This document shows, in pieces, positions 53,001-61,449 of a stretch of 64,000 nt of DNA; the first letter of the stretch is position 1; each line of letters opens with the position of its first letter. A program made the translations under genes and the position numbers. The stretch is from assembly GCA_048128005.1 (NCBI GenBank), contig JBEUKZ010000100.1:248001-312000 (forward strand), written 5' to 3'. The notes below the pieces were generated by a model. It did not search any database, was not told where the DNA came from, and saw nothing but the letters and a program-made list of their open reading frames with translations. Source of the stretch: Veleropilina oligotropha (Eukaryota).

Positions 53001-56000
53001 TTGATTCAGCTCCATTTGCACAAAGTGCGTAAACGTGGCTATAAGCCATCACACCACGCCCGGCTATTACCACACCGGACAATATCCCCGGCTAATATAC
53101 AATCACCATGACAACCCATGATACCAACAAGCGCGGGTATAAAAGGCTGAACTCACATGGAACCAAGGAGACTCCTCTGATGAAGACCCGTCAGTGGTTG
53201 CGAAACCGGTCAGGAATTTTTACTATTGGCGCACCCTTTAGTGCAATCCAGCAGTCTTCCTCTTAAATTCTACTGCCCCCTTTGCTCTATTGCACTCTAG
53301 GGAGACGATGTCGAGTGAAATGAGCATAACCCTTGTACACTCAAACCCGTCGGCCTACACTGTTTGGATCTAGGCTGAGACTAGTATCCTCCTCCTCCAA
53401 CTGGATGTGTACTAAGCTTTCTTGACTTTGGAATCTCTGTTATAAGTGCATGAGTATCAATCAAAATGGCTGGACTCTCAATCATAATGGCAGCCACAGT
53501 ACAGATCAGTTAACTACAAACAAACGTAGAGTACCGATCTTGTCACATTACCTGGATGGTGCCCACGTCATGCTGTTCAATCGCCGTGCCGTTGCAGACA
53601 ATGCTGGCAGTCACTCGAACGTTCTGCCTTTGATTTCCATCTACTATGGAATCAGTGGTGGCCTTTAGCAGATAGGTGAAGGTGTCTTTCCAATTCGACT
53701 TTGTGATCATCAGACCACATGAAGCTGCTTCGACGCTGCTATACTTCTGAATGACAGCTACTTGCTCGAGGATGTGTTGCGATCCAGGGCATTTTAGATC
53801 TTCGTCCATAGCTGAGGTAGTCACGTCGATGCTGAAGGCGCACGTTGACTCTGGCGTCGATTCAGACAACAGAGAAGGTGGGAAGTTTGTGGTGATCTGC
53901 ATCGTCTGTGATTCACCGGCTTCAATGAAAACCAGTGACGTTTCGGTTATAATCTAAAATAACAAGAGAGCCGTCTGTGTAGAACACAAAAATAAATTCA
54001 AAACAGGCACAGCATTCCACAATTATTATAATATTCGTAACTGCTCTTGCAACATGAAATCGCTCATTGGAATGTTCGGATTTAAAATATTTGAACTAAA
54101 GAACAACATTTCTCCATTTAGAAGACGAAATAACAACTATGATGATATGATAAATCATTAAAAATAATTTAATAACAAAACAATCAGAGATTTCACACTC
54201 TCACCATGATGCCAATGAACATGATGGAAAACCTCAGAAATCTCTGCGAATAATAGTTTTCCCAATAAAGCAGAAAAAACGAAAACCGGATATGATGTCA
54301 TAAAATCCGGATCCTCTTCGAGGAGATTAGTAACATGGCTACCAAATACATTACCATTATAATAATTACTTATTTCATTCCACTTGAGGCAGTCAAGTAC
54401 GTGTAATCCGCAAATGAAAATTGCGTCATAAAATCCTAATTCAGATCCGGATCCTCTTCGAGGAGCACCGAGCCACGTCATGTGAACCATATATTTGTAC
54501 AAATTTGTACAGATCAATACTTTTTGAGATATGCTCACGGACGGACAAATTTACATACATACATACATACGCCATTGCAATACCCTAGCATCTCCTTCGG
54601 AGGTGAGGGTAGCAATCAATTAAAAGTCAAAGCAATCAATGAATATATGGATATGTATGATCATCACTTAAAGATGCATTGCCCGTAATTATCGCTCAAA
54701 GCCTTACTTACCTATTTGTGGATGTTACAAAAAGTTTTTATGATTCAAATTGGAAGAACGCACATTGTTTGCTGTGTTATAATAAAAAATCACAATTGAA
54801 ATCGTTGCCCGCTGTGAAATAAAGTACATTCGACTGCAGCCATTTTGGTTGAATTCAGATCAATGCGTATATTATTGTTTTGGCCCAAATTGGGCCAATT
54901 TGTGTCAACGTTCTTTTCGTCGAAACACACAGACGTTTCGCCAAATATGAAAAAAATATTTATTTAATTTGCATGCATTATTGTAAAATAGTACAACAGT
55001 AATAATGTTGCAGCTCAACTTTCCATGATGTCCAAGATATAACTTTGACAGTTCCCAACTTGACGAAATTTCTTGTGGGCGAGTTGTAATAAAACCGGAC
55101 ACGGTTTAATTATCTTTTACCTTTAATTCGTAGGCGTGCCAGGGACCCCATCTATAATTTTTTGGGGGGAAATTGCAAAGTTTCTAACTTTGGCTAACTG
55201 GCAAAAATACATTTGCGGTCTAGGGTTTAAAATTAAAAGCATTTTTCACTACTTACGGGCAATGCAACTTTAACAGAGGCAGACTTTGCAAATAAATAGG
55301 GATTGAACTGCAGTTTGGTTGCGTTTATGCTGGTATGAACGCAAGCAGCAATTACATCTTCTATGGAGCGTTAACTAAAATATGTAATTGCTGCTTGCGT
55401 TCATAGCAGCATAAACGCAACCAAACTGCAGTTCAATCCTTATATTTACATTAGTTTTTAACCACAATCCCGTAAACATAAAAATATTTAGTTTGTTATG
55501 ATGTAGTTATTATTGTATATCATCAGGTAAAGTCCAGTTAACGGAACAGCTTTTCCATTGAGCCAAAAAATAGTTCCTGTAAGGATTTCATTCTGTGGTA
55601 AAAATAATGAACAATATTGTTAAACTCAATTCACAAATTTATTTGATATTAAATATACTAGATATGTCAGAGTGACACGAATGCCCCCTCTGAAACAACT
55701 GCCAGGAATGAAAGAAATTCGAAGTGAAACGCAATAACTCTCTTAACATTGAATTTACGCATTTAACAATGTATGAATAAGTATACACCTATATTCCAAA
55801 TATAGTTTCATTCCATGAATGTATTCAAAAGTTATCGTCCAGAATAGAAATCAAAATTAAATTAATAATTAAAGTCCTATGTCTCCTAAATGAAGTTGGG
55901 AAATTATAGAAATGAAACTCCACTAAGATATTCTGATATACATATGTATATCAAATTAATTTAATTTGAATCCATGAATGCCTTAATATAGCGCAGAATG

Positions 56001-58390
56001 TAAAGCATTCATTCGAGAGACAAACATGTGTAACAATAAATGCTCTCCATTCTTCGTTTTGCAGGGGACCGGGCATAAAATTTGTTTCCAATGATATTAC
56101 ACATGTATACCAAATGTAATTTATATCCGTGAAGGCATTATCAAGTTATCGGCCGAAAATGGAAAAAAAATTGCATGTTGATGAAGGGACATAACTCCCT
56201 TATGTGAAGGCGGAATGTCACCGAAATCTAACTCCACTTAGCTATTATGATCATACACGTGAATATCAAATTTAATTTAAATCCATGATGGCATTCTGAA
56301 GTTACCGCCACGAAATGAAAAATGTTTCAAAGTGAATCAAGGGGCATAACTCCCTTATGGAACATGGGAATTTTACCGAAATCGCACTGCACTTAGCCAT
56401 TACAATCATACACGTGAATACCAAATTTTATGTAAATCCATGAAGGCATTCTCAAGTTACCGCCCGGAAATGAAAAAATGTTTCAAAGTGAATCAAGGGG
56501 CATAACTCCTTAATGGAACTCGGAATGTTACCGAAATCGAACTTCACTTCGGTATTATGATCATACATGGGAATACCAAATTTAATGTAAATCCATGAAG
56601 GCATTCTGAAGTTACCGCCCGGAAATGAAAAAATGTTTCAAAGTGAATCAAGGGGCATAACTCCTATATGGAAATTCGGAATGTTACCGAAATCGAACTT
56701 GACTTGGGTATTATGATCATACATGCGAATACCAAATTTAATGTAAATCCATGAAGGCATTCTGAAGTTACCGCCCGGAAATGAAAAAATGTTTCCAAGT
56801 GAATCAAGGGGCATAACTCCTTTATGGGAAATCGGAATGTTACCGAAATCGAACTTGACTTCGGTATTATGATCATACACGTGAATACTAAATTTAATGC
56901 AAATCCATTAAGGCATTCTGAAGTTACCGTCCGGAAATGAATAAATGTTTCAAAGTGAATCAAGGGGCATAACTCCTTAATGGTAATTCGGAATGTTACC
57001 GTAATCGAACTTGACTTCGGTATTATGATCATACACGTGAATACCAAATTTAATGCAAATCCATGAAGGCATTCTGAAGTTACCGTCCGGAAATGAAAAA
57101 ATGTTTCAAAGTGAATCAAGGGGCATAACTCCTTAATGGAAACGCGGAATGTTACCGTAATCGAACTTGACTTAGCTATTATGATCATACACTTGCATAC
57201 CAAATTTAATTTAAATCCATGAAGGCATTCTAAAGTTATAGCCCGGAAACCAAGTTCGGACGGACGGATGGACGCCCGCCCGGACGCTCGGACGCCCGGA
57301 CGCTCGGACGCCCGGACGGACGGACGGACGGACGTGTGCAACACTATATGCCCCCAAACTTCGTTTAGGGGGCATAATAATGTACATTTTACATTCGAGG
57401 CAAAACTTTTTATGTATAACAATTTTATTATAACAAGAAACATAGTGCGATATTACTACGCCTTGCCTATTTTCTCTATTGCGTTCATAGTAGTATGAAT
57501 GCAATCGAACTGTAGTGAGCTAAATAGCAGACGATGTAAATATACAATAATGATCTCATTTATTTGCACCAATCATGCCAATACACAAAAATATAACTCA
57601 CCTTGATGACAAGTCTATAATCGTCGCTATATTTAAATGGACCTTGCGTTTTACTGCAGGCCGTCTTGTTGCATGCCGACAATCCGCAGCTTACCTGAAA
57701 TGCAAGAGTTAATTATTTTCAATTATTAAATTTGCACATTTTACACAGCAGTTAAGCTAATACTAAGAAAATAGCAAATATGAGTTACAAGAATGTACAA
57801 AAATCCTGGTGGTTGCTATATGACTTCACAAATTGTGAAATGTGTATAAAGAGGTTGAGGGGAATAATAAAATTTTAAATTTCAACTTTCATTCAGATTC
57901 CGTAATTGAACCAGACATGACTTTTGCAGGAAATTTCCAAGGAACAGTGTAAAGGTACGGACACTAAATAAAATTTGATTTATTATCCTGGCAAAAAATC
58001 AGGGTCCTAGTCCTATTATCTTTATAACCTTTAAACTCAGTTTCGAACCAGAGCAGTCAACATGAGTGAAATAAATTCAATAGTGTTACCTCTGTAAATC
58101 TGTGTTAGATAACGCAAATGCTTTGACCTGAGAAAAAACTAAATTACGTACAGCCATTCCGTAGTGCATCAGGACTTCGTTATCAGTGATGAGGGTGTGG
58201 CTGATGGCGACGGAGGTTTCGTTGCCGACTTCTGATTCGCTGATCAACGTCTCCGCAGCATACCATTGAAGAGTTAACTGTACAGAATCATCCTGAACGT
58301 AATCACCCCAGTCACAGATAAAGGACAAGATAGACGCAGTCTCGTCGTACGTCGTGGAAACTGTCGGGACTACTGTCATGTGTACAAGCT
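10816..58390 (-). CDS. Multi-exon von Willebrand factor D and EGF domain-containing (VWDE-like) gene, partial, with two tandem modules
   Basis: 28 exons with AG acceptors, GT donors (one GC) and consistent reading phase; one small exon between 20546 and 13984 was not located. Motifs: CSSINDPHMRTFDG, GEFILYRH, CNCAVAVRSGDDV, YLPTGT, GLCGTLNGD (VWD); WPT...C...C...C (C8-like); CxxxCSxxGxCxxGxCxCxxxF/YxxxxCS (EGF). Neither start nor stop codon was found in the window. Confidence 0.85.
11911..12091 (-). CDS. VWDE-like exon B12, EGF start (LCVNECSESGTCNNG)
   Basis: tacag/gtaagt, 181 bp. Confidence 0.85.
13838..13984 (-). CDS. VWDE-like exon B11, C8-like (PLTWLTITEVEARQRC...SCIADVQ)
   Basis: tttag/gtctga, 147 bp. 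Confidence 0.8.
15468..16555 (+). mobile_element. Helentron-associated (HINE/Pearl-like) non-autonomous element with about 160-bp internal tandem repeats
   Basis: AACTAGA start, repeats at about 15842/16004/16163/16325, (GACA/GGAC)n tract and 3' hairpin TATACCCCC...GGGGGTATA. Confidence 0.6.
17352..18326. mobile_element. Non-autonomous Tc1/mariner-type element (MITE)
   Basis: Inverted termini AGGGTGTCCCCCAAAAAT / ATTTTTGGGGACACCCTG; TA on the left and CA (probably mutated TA) on the right. Confidence 0.65.
19676..19886. repeat. About 30-bp degenerate minisatellite (CTCAGACAAACACAACATGCACAAACTAGA)
   Basis: About 7 copies seen directly. Confidence 0.85.
20546..20712 (-). CDS. VWDE-like exon B9 (RVGISETLY...YCIC...)
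   Basis: tacag/gtaagt, 167 bp; paralogous to 45014-45174. Confidence 0.8.
20721..23028 (-). mobile_element. 5'-truncated CR1/L2-clade LINE; reverse transcriptase with one frameshift near 22470
   Basis: ORFs 22468-23010 and 21036-22475 carry NYRPISVL, DLSKAFDT, GVPQGSILGPLLF, FADDT and KFLG. 3' AATAAA plus (TTGA)n tail. 7-bp TSD TGTATCA at 20714-20720 and 23029-23035. Confidence 0.92.
24840..25797 (+). pseudogene. Degenerate tyrosine recombinase of a DIRS/Ngaro-type retroelement (element roughly 23500-27030)
   Basis: Frameshifted motifs AFYGFLRCGEF, LKSSKTD, and YSGHSFRIGAATSA...IKTQGRWTSDSYCRYI (25627-25746). Confidence 0.8.
26365..26627 (+). mobile_element. tRNA-derived SINE with (CCT)n tail, nested in the DIRS/Ngaro remnant
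   Basis: A-box-like TAGAGCAGTGG, B-box-like GGATCGACCC, core GGTTTACCCGG...GGTTTCCTCCC, and 13-bp TSD TCGTCACAGTGTC at 26352-26364 and 26628-26640. Confidence 0.85.
27275..27362 (-). CDS. VWDE-like exon B8 (GLCGTLNGDKSDD...FSLSWR)
   Basis: ttcag/gtaata, 88 bp. Confidence 0.9.
27571..27713. repeat. 21-bp minisatellite (TCAATGTGAAAGTATACAACG), about 6.5 copies
   Basis: Direct inspection. Confidence 0.95.
27820..27931 (-). CDS. VWDE-like exon B7 (IYLPTGTYVKV...)
   Basis: tttag/gtatgg, 112 bp. Confidence 0.85.
28433..28639 (-). CDS. VWDE-like exon B6 (IRAFYRKC...CNCAVAVRSGDDV...)
   Basis: ctcag/gtaaga, 207 bp. Confidence 0.9.
29271..29334 (-). CDS. VWDE-like exon B5 (TYDNFYEGEFILYRHTTLPYE)
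   Basis: ttcag/gtaggg, 64 bp. Confidence 0.85.
29714..30050. repeat. 56-bp tandem repeat, about 6 copies, resembling the SINE core
   Basis: Unit AAATGACTGGTGTGGGCATGTTTTACCGGGAGACCAGCTTCCTCCATCGATAACAT; runs into GATAACACGGACATGTCC, as in the SINE at 26549-26566. Confidence 0.85.
30145..32104. mobile_element. Foldback-type element with about 450-bp inverted arms containing internal tandem repeats
   Basis: 30145-30600 is an inverted copy of about 31655-32104; flanked by direct TATTTC (30139-30144, 32105-32110). Confidence 0.8.
32419..32495 (-). CDS. VWDE-like exon B4, VWD start (CSSINDPHMRTFDG)
   Basis: ttcag/gtacgt, 77 bp; canonical DPH..TFDG motif. Confidence 0.9.
32717..33146. mobile_element. 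TTAA-flanked MITE (Kolobok-like)
   Basis: TTAA-AGATGCTGA ... TCAGCATCT-TTAA. Confidence 0.6.
33320..33588 (-). CDS. VWDE-like exon B3b (LQVSLEAKNEPKC...NWQ...ISTQ)
   Basis: cgtag/gtatgg, 269 bp. Confidence 0.75.
33971..34088 (-). CDS. VWDE-like exon B3a (IPESLTVGE...NFPPVFFC)
   Basis: ttttag/gtaggt, 118 bp. Confidence 0.7.
34635..34727 (-). CDS. VWDE-like exon B2 (IRCVLEACYENRC...)
   Basis: ttcag/gtgacc, 93 bp. Confidence 0.75.
35224..35450 (-). CDS. VWDE-like exon B1 (YPLLRYSPEL...LSCAF...VTWYAG...FGDS)
   Basis: cccag/gtaaag, 227 bp. Confidence 0.8.
36310..36424 (-). CDS. VWDE-like exon A15 (RDTCFIDGDCYNAGD...SWTFKG) with GC donor
   Basis: tttcag acceptor; AG|GCAAGT donor gives the phase needed by the next exon. 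Confidence 0.7.
37276..37488 (-). CDS. VWDE-like exon A14 (IFEGRF...ITISN...ECLTCNYGGC)
   Basis: tttcag/gtaatt, 213 bp. Confidence 0.8.
37707..37882. repeat. 44-bp minisatellite, 4 copies
   Basis: Unit AATGTCTCAGAAACAGAGAGCACCGAGAGGGATTGGAGTTTTAT. Confidence 0.9.
38025..38215 (-). CDS. VWDE-like exon A13 (GVCECNANYDGLHCS...YGENF...LTC)
   Basis: gacag/gtttgt, 191 bp. Confidence 0.85.
38385..38516. repeat. 33-bp minisatellite, 4 copies
   Basis: Unit CACTCAGCGTGTCGAGGCCCTGCGATCTCTGAT. Confidence 0.9.
38562..39282. repeat. 45-bp minisatellite, about 16 copies
   Basis: Unit GGAGAGCTCACCAATCGGTTGTGAACTACCGTTACCGATAGCTCT. Confidence 0.95.
39537..42439. repeat. 40-bp satellite, about 70 copies, intronic
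   Basis: Unit GAAGCCCAGCTTATCTCCAGTGGAGTGTGTGTGACACACA; variant units carry an ACGAGATCGCGTC insert at about 40975-41360. Confidence 0.97.
42916..43102 (-). CDS. VWDE-like exon A12, EGF start (LCSAECTLHGSCVKG)
   Basis: tttcag/gtgagt, 187 bp. Confidence 0.85.
43440..43595 (-). CDS. VWDE-like exon A11, C8-like (FPTWPT...YCENYL...GCVNSIL)
   Basis: tttcag/gtacgt, 156 bp. Confidence 0.8.
43890..44331. mobile_element. TTAA-flanked MITE (Kolobok-like)
   Basis: TIR AGAGACTATTGCCCGTAAATGC and its inverse, with TTAA on both sides. Confidence 0.8.
44392..44483 (-). CDS. VWDE-like exon A10 (GVDVTSTL...DYVFQ)
   Basis: tatag/gtaaga, 92 bp. Confidence 0.7.
45014..45174 (-). CDS. VWDE-like exon A9 (RVDQTNSLY...YCTC...)
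   Basis: tgtag/gtaagt, 161 bp. Confidence 0.8.
45614..45704 (-). CDS. VWDE-like exon A8 (GLCGTFNEDKTDD...FSRLWR)
   Basis: tgtag/gtctgt, 91 bp; VWD GLCG motif. Confidence 0.85.
46394..46502 (-). CDS. VWDE-like exon A7 (VHLPTGTIVMV...)
   Basis: tcag/gtaagc, 109 bp. Confidence 0.8.
46700..47972 (+). mobile_element. HINE-like composite element with about 140-170-bp internal repeats
   Basis: Recurrent GATATCCTGTTCACGTCG, (GGAC)n at about 47914-47926, terminal hairpin ATCCCA...TGGGAT. Confidence 0.55.
48780..48986 (-). CDS. VWDE-like exon A6 (VRAFYRRC...AVAVRAANDVILID...)
   Basis: ctag/gtaatt, 207 bp. Confidence 0.85.
49199..49262 (-). CDS. VWDE-like exon A5 (RYNQPREGEFILYGNTELPYE)
   Basis: ttcag/gtgaga, 64 bp. 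Confidence 0.8.
50307..50744. mobile_element. TTAA-flanked MITE (Kolobok-like)
   Basis: TTAA-AGGGCATGTGAAC ... GTTCACATGCCCT-TTAA. Confidence 0.75.
51173..51249 (-). CDS. VWDE-like exon A4, VWD start (CSSWNDLQVITFDG)
   Basis: tttcag/gtatgt, 77 bp. Confidence 0.8.
51699..52338 (+). mobile_element. HINE-like composite element
   Basis: AACTAGAG start, internal repeats (GTTTCATGTCCCT..CAAATAGTATGGGAGATATGGAG), GACA tract and hairpin TATGCCCCC...GGGGGCATA. Confidence 0.6.
52482..53397 (+). mobile_element. Penelope-like retroelement fragment with inverted duplicated segments, (CCT)n tail and 14-bp TSD
   Basis: TSD CAACTGGATGTGTA at 52468-52481 and 53398-53411. 52483-52541 is the inverse of 53208-53266 and 52551-52670 is the inverse of 53041-53160. 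A hammerhead motif lies inside. Confidence 0.6.
53173..53215 (+). ncRNA. Minimal type I hammerhead ribozyme motif
   Basis: TCCT-CTGATGA-AGACC..GGTTG-C-GAAAC-CG-GTC-AGGA: conserved CUGANGA and GAAA cores, GUC cleavage triplet, helix I TCCT/AGGA. Confidence 0.65.
53552..53953 (-). CDS. VWDE-like exon A3 (IITETSLVFIEAGES...DVGTIQ)
   Basis: ttttag/gtaatg, 402 bp, open frame. Confidence 0.8.
54672..55269. mobile_element. TTAA-flanked MITE (Kolobok-like); a related end occurs at about 14434
   Basis: TTAA-AGATGCATTGCCCGTAA ... TTACGGGCAATGCAACT-TTAA. Confidence 0.75.
55294..55447. repeat. About 150-bp near-perfect palindrome (hairpin MITE-like)
   Basis: GATTGAACTGCAGTTTGGTTGCGTTTATGCT...ATTACAT followed by its inverse after a short spacer. 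Confidence 0.8.
55657..57380 (+). mobile_element. HINE-like composite element with a 156-bp satellite array
   Basis: ACTAGA start; GAATCAAGGGGCATAACTCC at 56334/56490/56645/56801/56957/57113; (GGAC)n at 57257-57333; hairpin TATGCCCCCAAAC..GTTTAGGGGGCATA. Confidence 0.7.
57602..57694 (-). CDS. VWDE-like exon A2 (VSCGLSACNKTACSKTQGP...)
   Basis: tttcag/gtgagt, 93 bp; same size as 34635-34727. Confidence 0.75.
58152..58390 (-). CDS. VWDE-like exon A1 (LVHMTVVP...FICDW...LQWYAA...YGMA)
   Basis: ccag acceptor, gtacgt donor, 239 bp, phase 1-0; paralogous to 35224-35450. Confidence 0.7.
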
Positions 58391-58897
58391 CTGGATTAAA
58401 TAATAAATATGCTATAAAGGCAGGAACTGTCAAAACAATGTTTTAATTGTTGTAATTAACTCACAAAACTTAGAATGATGAATAAACAAGGGCAGGAAAT
58501 TAAAGGCATTTCATGAACTCTTCAATTAATTCTGTCAACCAAATTGAATATCATTCTACATATACTGAAAAAGACGTTTATTAACAAAAGCACTCGCAAA
58601 CAATAAATTATACGTAATGCAATAATTATATAATATCCATTTTCTTTTTAATAGTAATAGTCCAGTCAAATTAGGTGAAAAAATGCTCAACATCAAACTA
58701 ATTGCAACATTTTTAAATTTCATGTTTTTATACAGAGCAATACCTTGTCGATAACATACTAAACTATTAAGGCCAAGTTGCCGGGGAACATTGCTAAAAT
58801 TGCTCATATCTGACACCTGTATGTTACCTTTTAAACATATTTTGAGAAAACAGAAATAATAATAATACTGATTGCTTCTTATATAGCGCATTATATA

Positions 58898-60387
58898 TAC
58901 TTAGCCAAAATGAAAACTTGATAAAATAAAATCGGAAAAATTTAAAATATGTGAAAATCAATAACATAACATTGCTGACCATGACACAACCGTTTGAAAA
59001 TCGTGAATCTTGATCAGATTGTTCTTGAAATGCACGTGCAAGACGAAATTTCAAGAAATGTCAATTTCCGCTCTGAAATTGCAACTGTACATCATTTCTT
59101 CCAAAAGAGACAGTCATTGCGTCGTTTCGATAGTGTTTCTTCCGAAAAACATAAAGAAAGTTTTTTGAACTGAGAAATTAATCAATGCCGCGTCTTTCAT
59201 GTCAGGACAGGGAGCGCGCCATCGGCAGGTTAAGGGCTGGACAGTCTGTGGCGGAAGTTGCGCGAATATTTGGATGCAGTCGACAGACGATCCACAATCT
59301 GAGAAAACATCTCCAAGGAACTGGAACCACAGCAGACCACCCACGTCCAGGTGCCCGACGTGTTACGGCTCCAAATGAAGACCAACAAATCCGGTTACGT
59401 CATTTTCGGAATCATTTCGTGATGGCAACTTCAACCAGTAATGAACTCTTTCGACATCGTGTGACACCCCAGACCATCAGAAACCGTCTTAGAGCTGCTG
59501 GCCTTCGAGCGCGAAGACCGTATACAGGATCGATATGGACTCCTTTCCATCGACGTCAGCGGGTTGCATGGGCTCGAGAACACCTCGGATTCACCCAGAG
59601 ACAATGGAACAGAGTCATCTTTAGTGACGAGTCTCGTTTCACACTCAGATTTGCTGATGGACGTGTTAGGGTGTGGCGTAGGAAAAGGGAGCGGTATGCC
59701 TCAGCTTGCGTCAGGGAGATTGACAGGTTTGCAGGTGGAAGTGTCATGGTTTGGGGAGCATTCACAGCTAACACCAGAACACCCTTGATTGTCATCCAAG
59801 GGAATCTGACGGCAGCACTGCACAGTACAGGGATCAGGTCCTCAATCCAGTTTTGTTGCCCTAGCTTCTACAGACAACATGGTCCTGGCCTCACATTTCA
59901 ACATGACAATGCTACGCCGCACACTGCAAGACTGACACGTAACCTGCTTCAAGCTGCAAATGTTGACGTCATGGAATGGCCATCACTTTCTCCAGATCTC
60001 AATCCCATTGAACACATCTGGGATGAGCTTGGCAGAAGGTTGAGAAGGCAGCGGGTACAGCCACAGATACTTCCGGAAATTGGCAGGGATCTGATCCACC
60101 AATGGCGCCCACTTCCGGTTAGAGTGTTCAGACGTGTTCTGCAGTCCATGAGGGGACGCTCGTGGTGGTCATAATCGCTATTGACGTTCTTCAAATCTTT
60201 AATTCTTGTTTGTGTTAACTTCAATTTTGAGGGTGTGTCAATTCGAACAACTGTGTCTGAAAAATCACTGATTAAAAAACACTTTTTCTTCGTCAATGTG
60301 TTAGATGGCAAATTTATGTACACTAGCAGATTTAGAACAAAAATACATCAAATTTAAGAAGTGTCAAGTTTTCAATTTTGCTGAGTG
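58898..60387 (+). mobile_element. Tc1/mariner DNA transposon (DD34E) with TIRs and TA TSD
   Basis: Imperfect TIRs TACTTAGCCAAAATGAAAACTTGA / TCAAGTTTTCAATTTTGCTGAGTG, flanked by TA. Confidence 0.9.
59185..60174 (+). CDS. Tc1-family transposase, probably defective
   Basis: N-terminal HTH; IFSDESRF, VMVWG, FQHDNA, WPSLSPDLNPIEHIW; 34 residues between the second D and E. An internal segment and the C-terminus are frameshifted. Confidence 0.9.
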   Translation: MPRLSCQDRERAIGRLRAGQSVAEVARIFGCSRQTIHNLRKHLQGTGTTADHPRPGARRVTAPNEDQQIRLRHFRNHFVMATSTSNELFRHRVTPQTIRNRLRAAGLRARRPYTGSIWTPFHRRQRVAWAREHLGFTQRQWNRVIFSDESRFTLRFADGRVRVWRRKRERYASACVREIDRFAGGSVMVWGAFTANTRTPLIVIQGNLTAALHSTGIRSSIQFCCPSFYRQHGPGLTFQHDNATPHTARLTRNLLQAANVDVMEWPSLSPDLNPIEHIWDELGRRLRRQRVQPQILPEIGRDLIHQWRPLPVRVFRRVLQSMRGRSWWS

Positions 60388-61449
60388 TACATAGCGTCTC
60401 AATGCGCTAAACAATGGTACTAATCAATTTGATGTCATTTGAACTCTTGTTGATATATTTATACCACAAACATAATTATATAATTACTAGCGGATTCAGG
60501 GGGGCAGGTGACCCCCCCCCCCCCCCTGAAATTCAGAGTTGAATTTTTTGTTACATTGTTTGTTTTAAAACCAGTTTTGGCAGATATCCAGTCATATCAC
60601 AATCAAGATGACATGTTTAAGATCATAACCGATCAGAAAACATATATAGGATGTGCGACCCGCCCCTATAAAAACATTACTCATACAATTTGGTGGAAAT
60701 GGGACAAAATATAGATTTTTCACTCTCAGAATACAAGAGATGGGGGTTTCACACAGAATTTTAATTGTCGAAATTTTCTTCCTCGTGGGGGAGTGGGGAC
60801 AGTTGATAGTATATTAAACAAATTTGGACGCCCTTTAGAAAATCCTGGATCCACCCTAATTATATCTACTATAAAATCTCCGAATATTTTCAATATGTGA
60901 TCGATGAATTCTATTCGTCAAATTTCATCAATTTTCTGGTTTTCTTATACTAACTGCCCATTGAATTGTCTCGCTAGACTGAAAAATATGGCATGCTCTT
61001 CATGCTAGACTGGTGTAAGACTTACTTAAAGACCGGACTGCAACTTGAACTATAAAAGGCGAGAGAGGGTGACTAGATCATTTCTGATTTGGAAAGCAAC
61101 CAGTCCACATTGAGAATTCGCCATATGATTTGTTTGACAATTGATTAAAACAACAATAGTCCAATAATTATAAATTTTTGTTGTTAGAGTAATTATCACC
61201 TTTAAGTATATATATTTTCTAAGGGGATAGCGATAGCCCATGGAATTTACATTTAACCCCAAACTTCCCATATTACAAGATTAAAGCATATTTAATACAT
61301 GAAGTTCTTTCCATCATTATCGATTCTCTTTCGATAAATTTGCTCTGCAAATGCCAATTTTAATCTACTTGTGACACTTTTGTCGATTTAAGTCTCTTTG
61401 TTCAATTGTTATCCTTAGCATTCTATTTTTAAATCATTGTATTTTATTT

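Noticed and set aside
56638..57504. 259 aa and smaller ORFs
   Set aside because: Translations of the 156-bp repeat array and the GGAC microsatellite.
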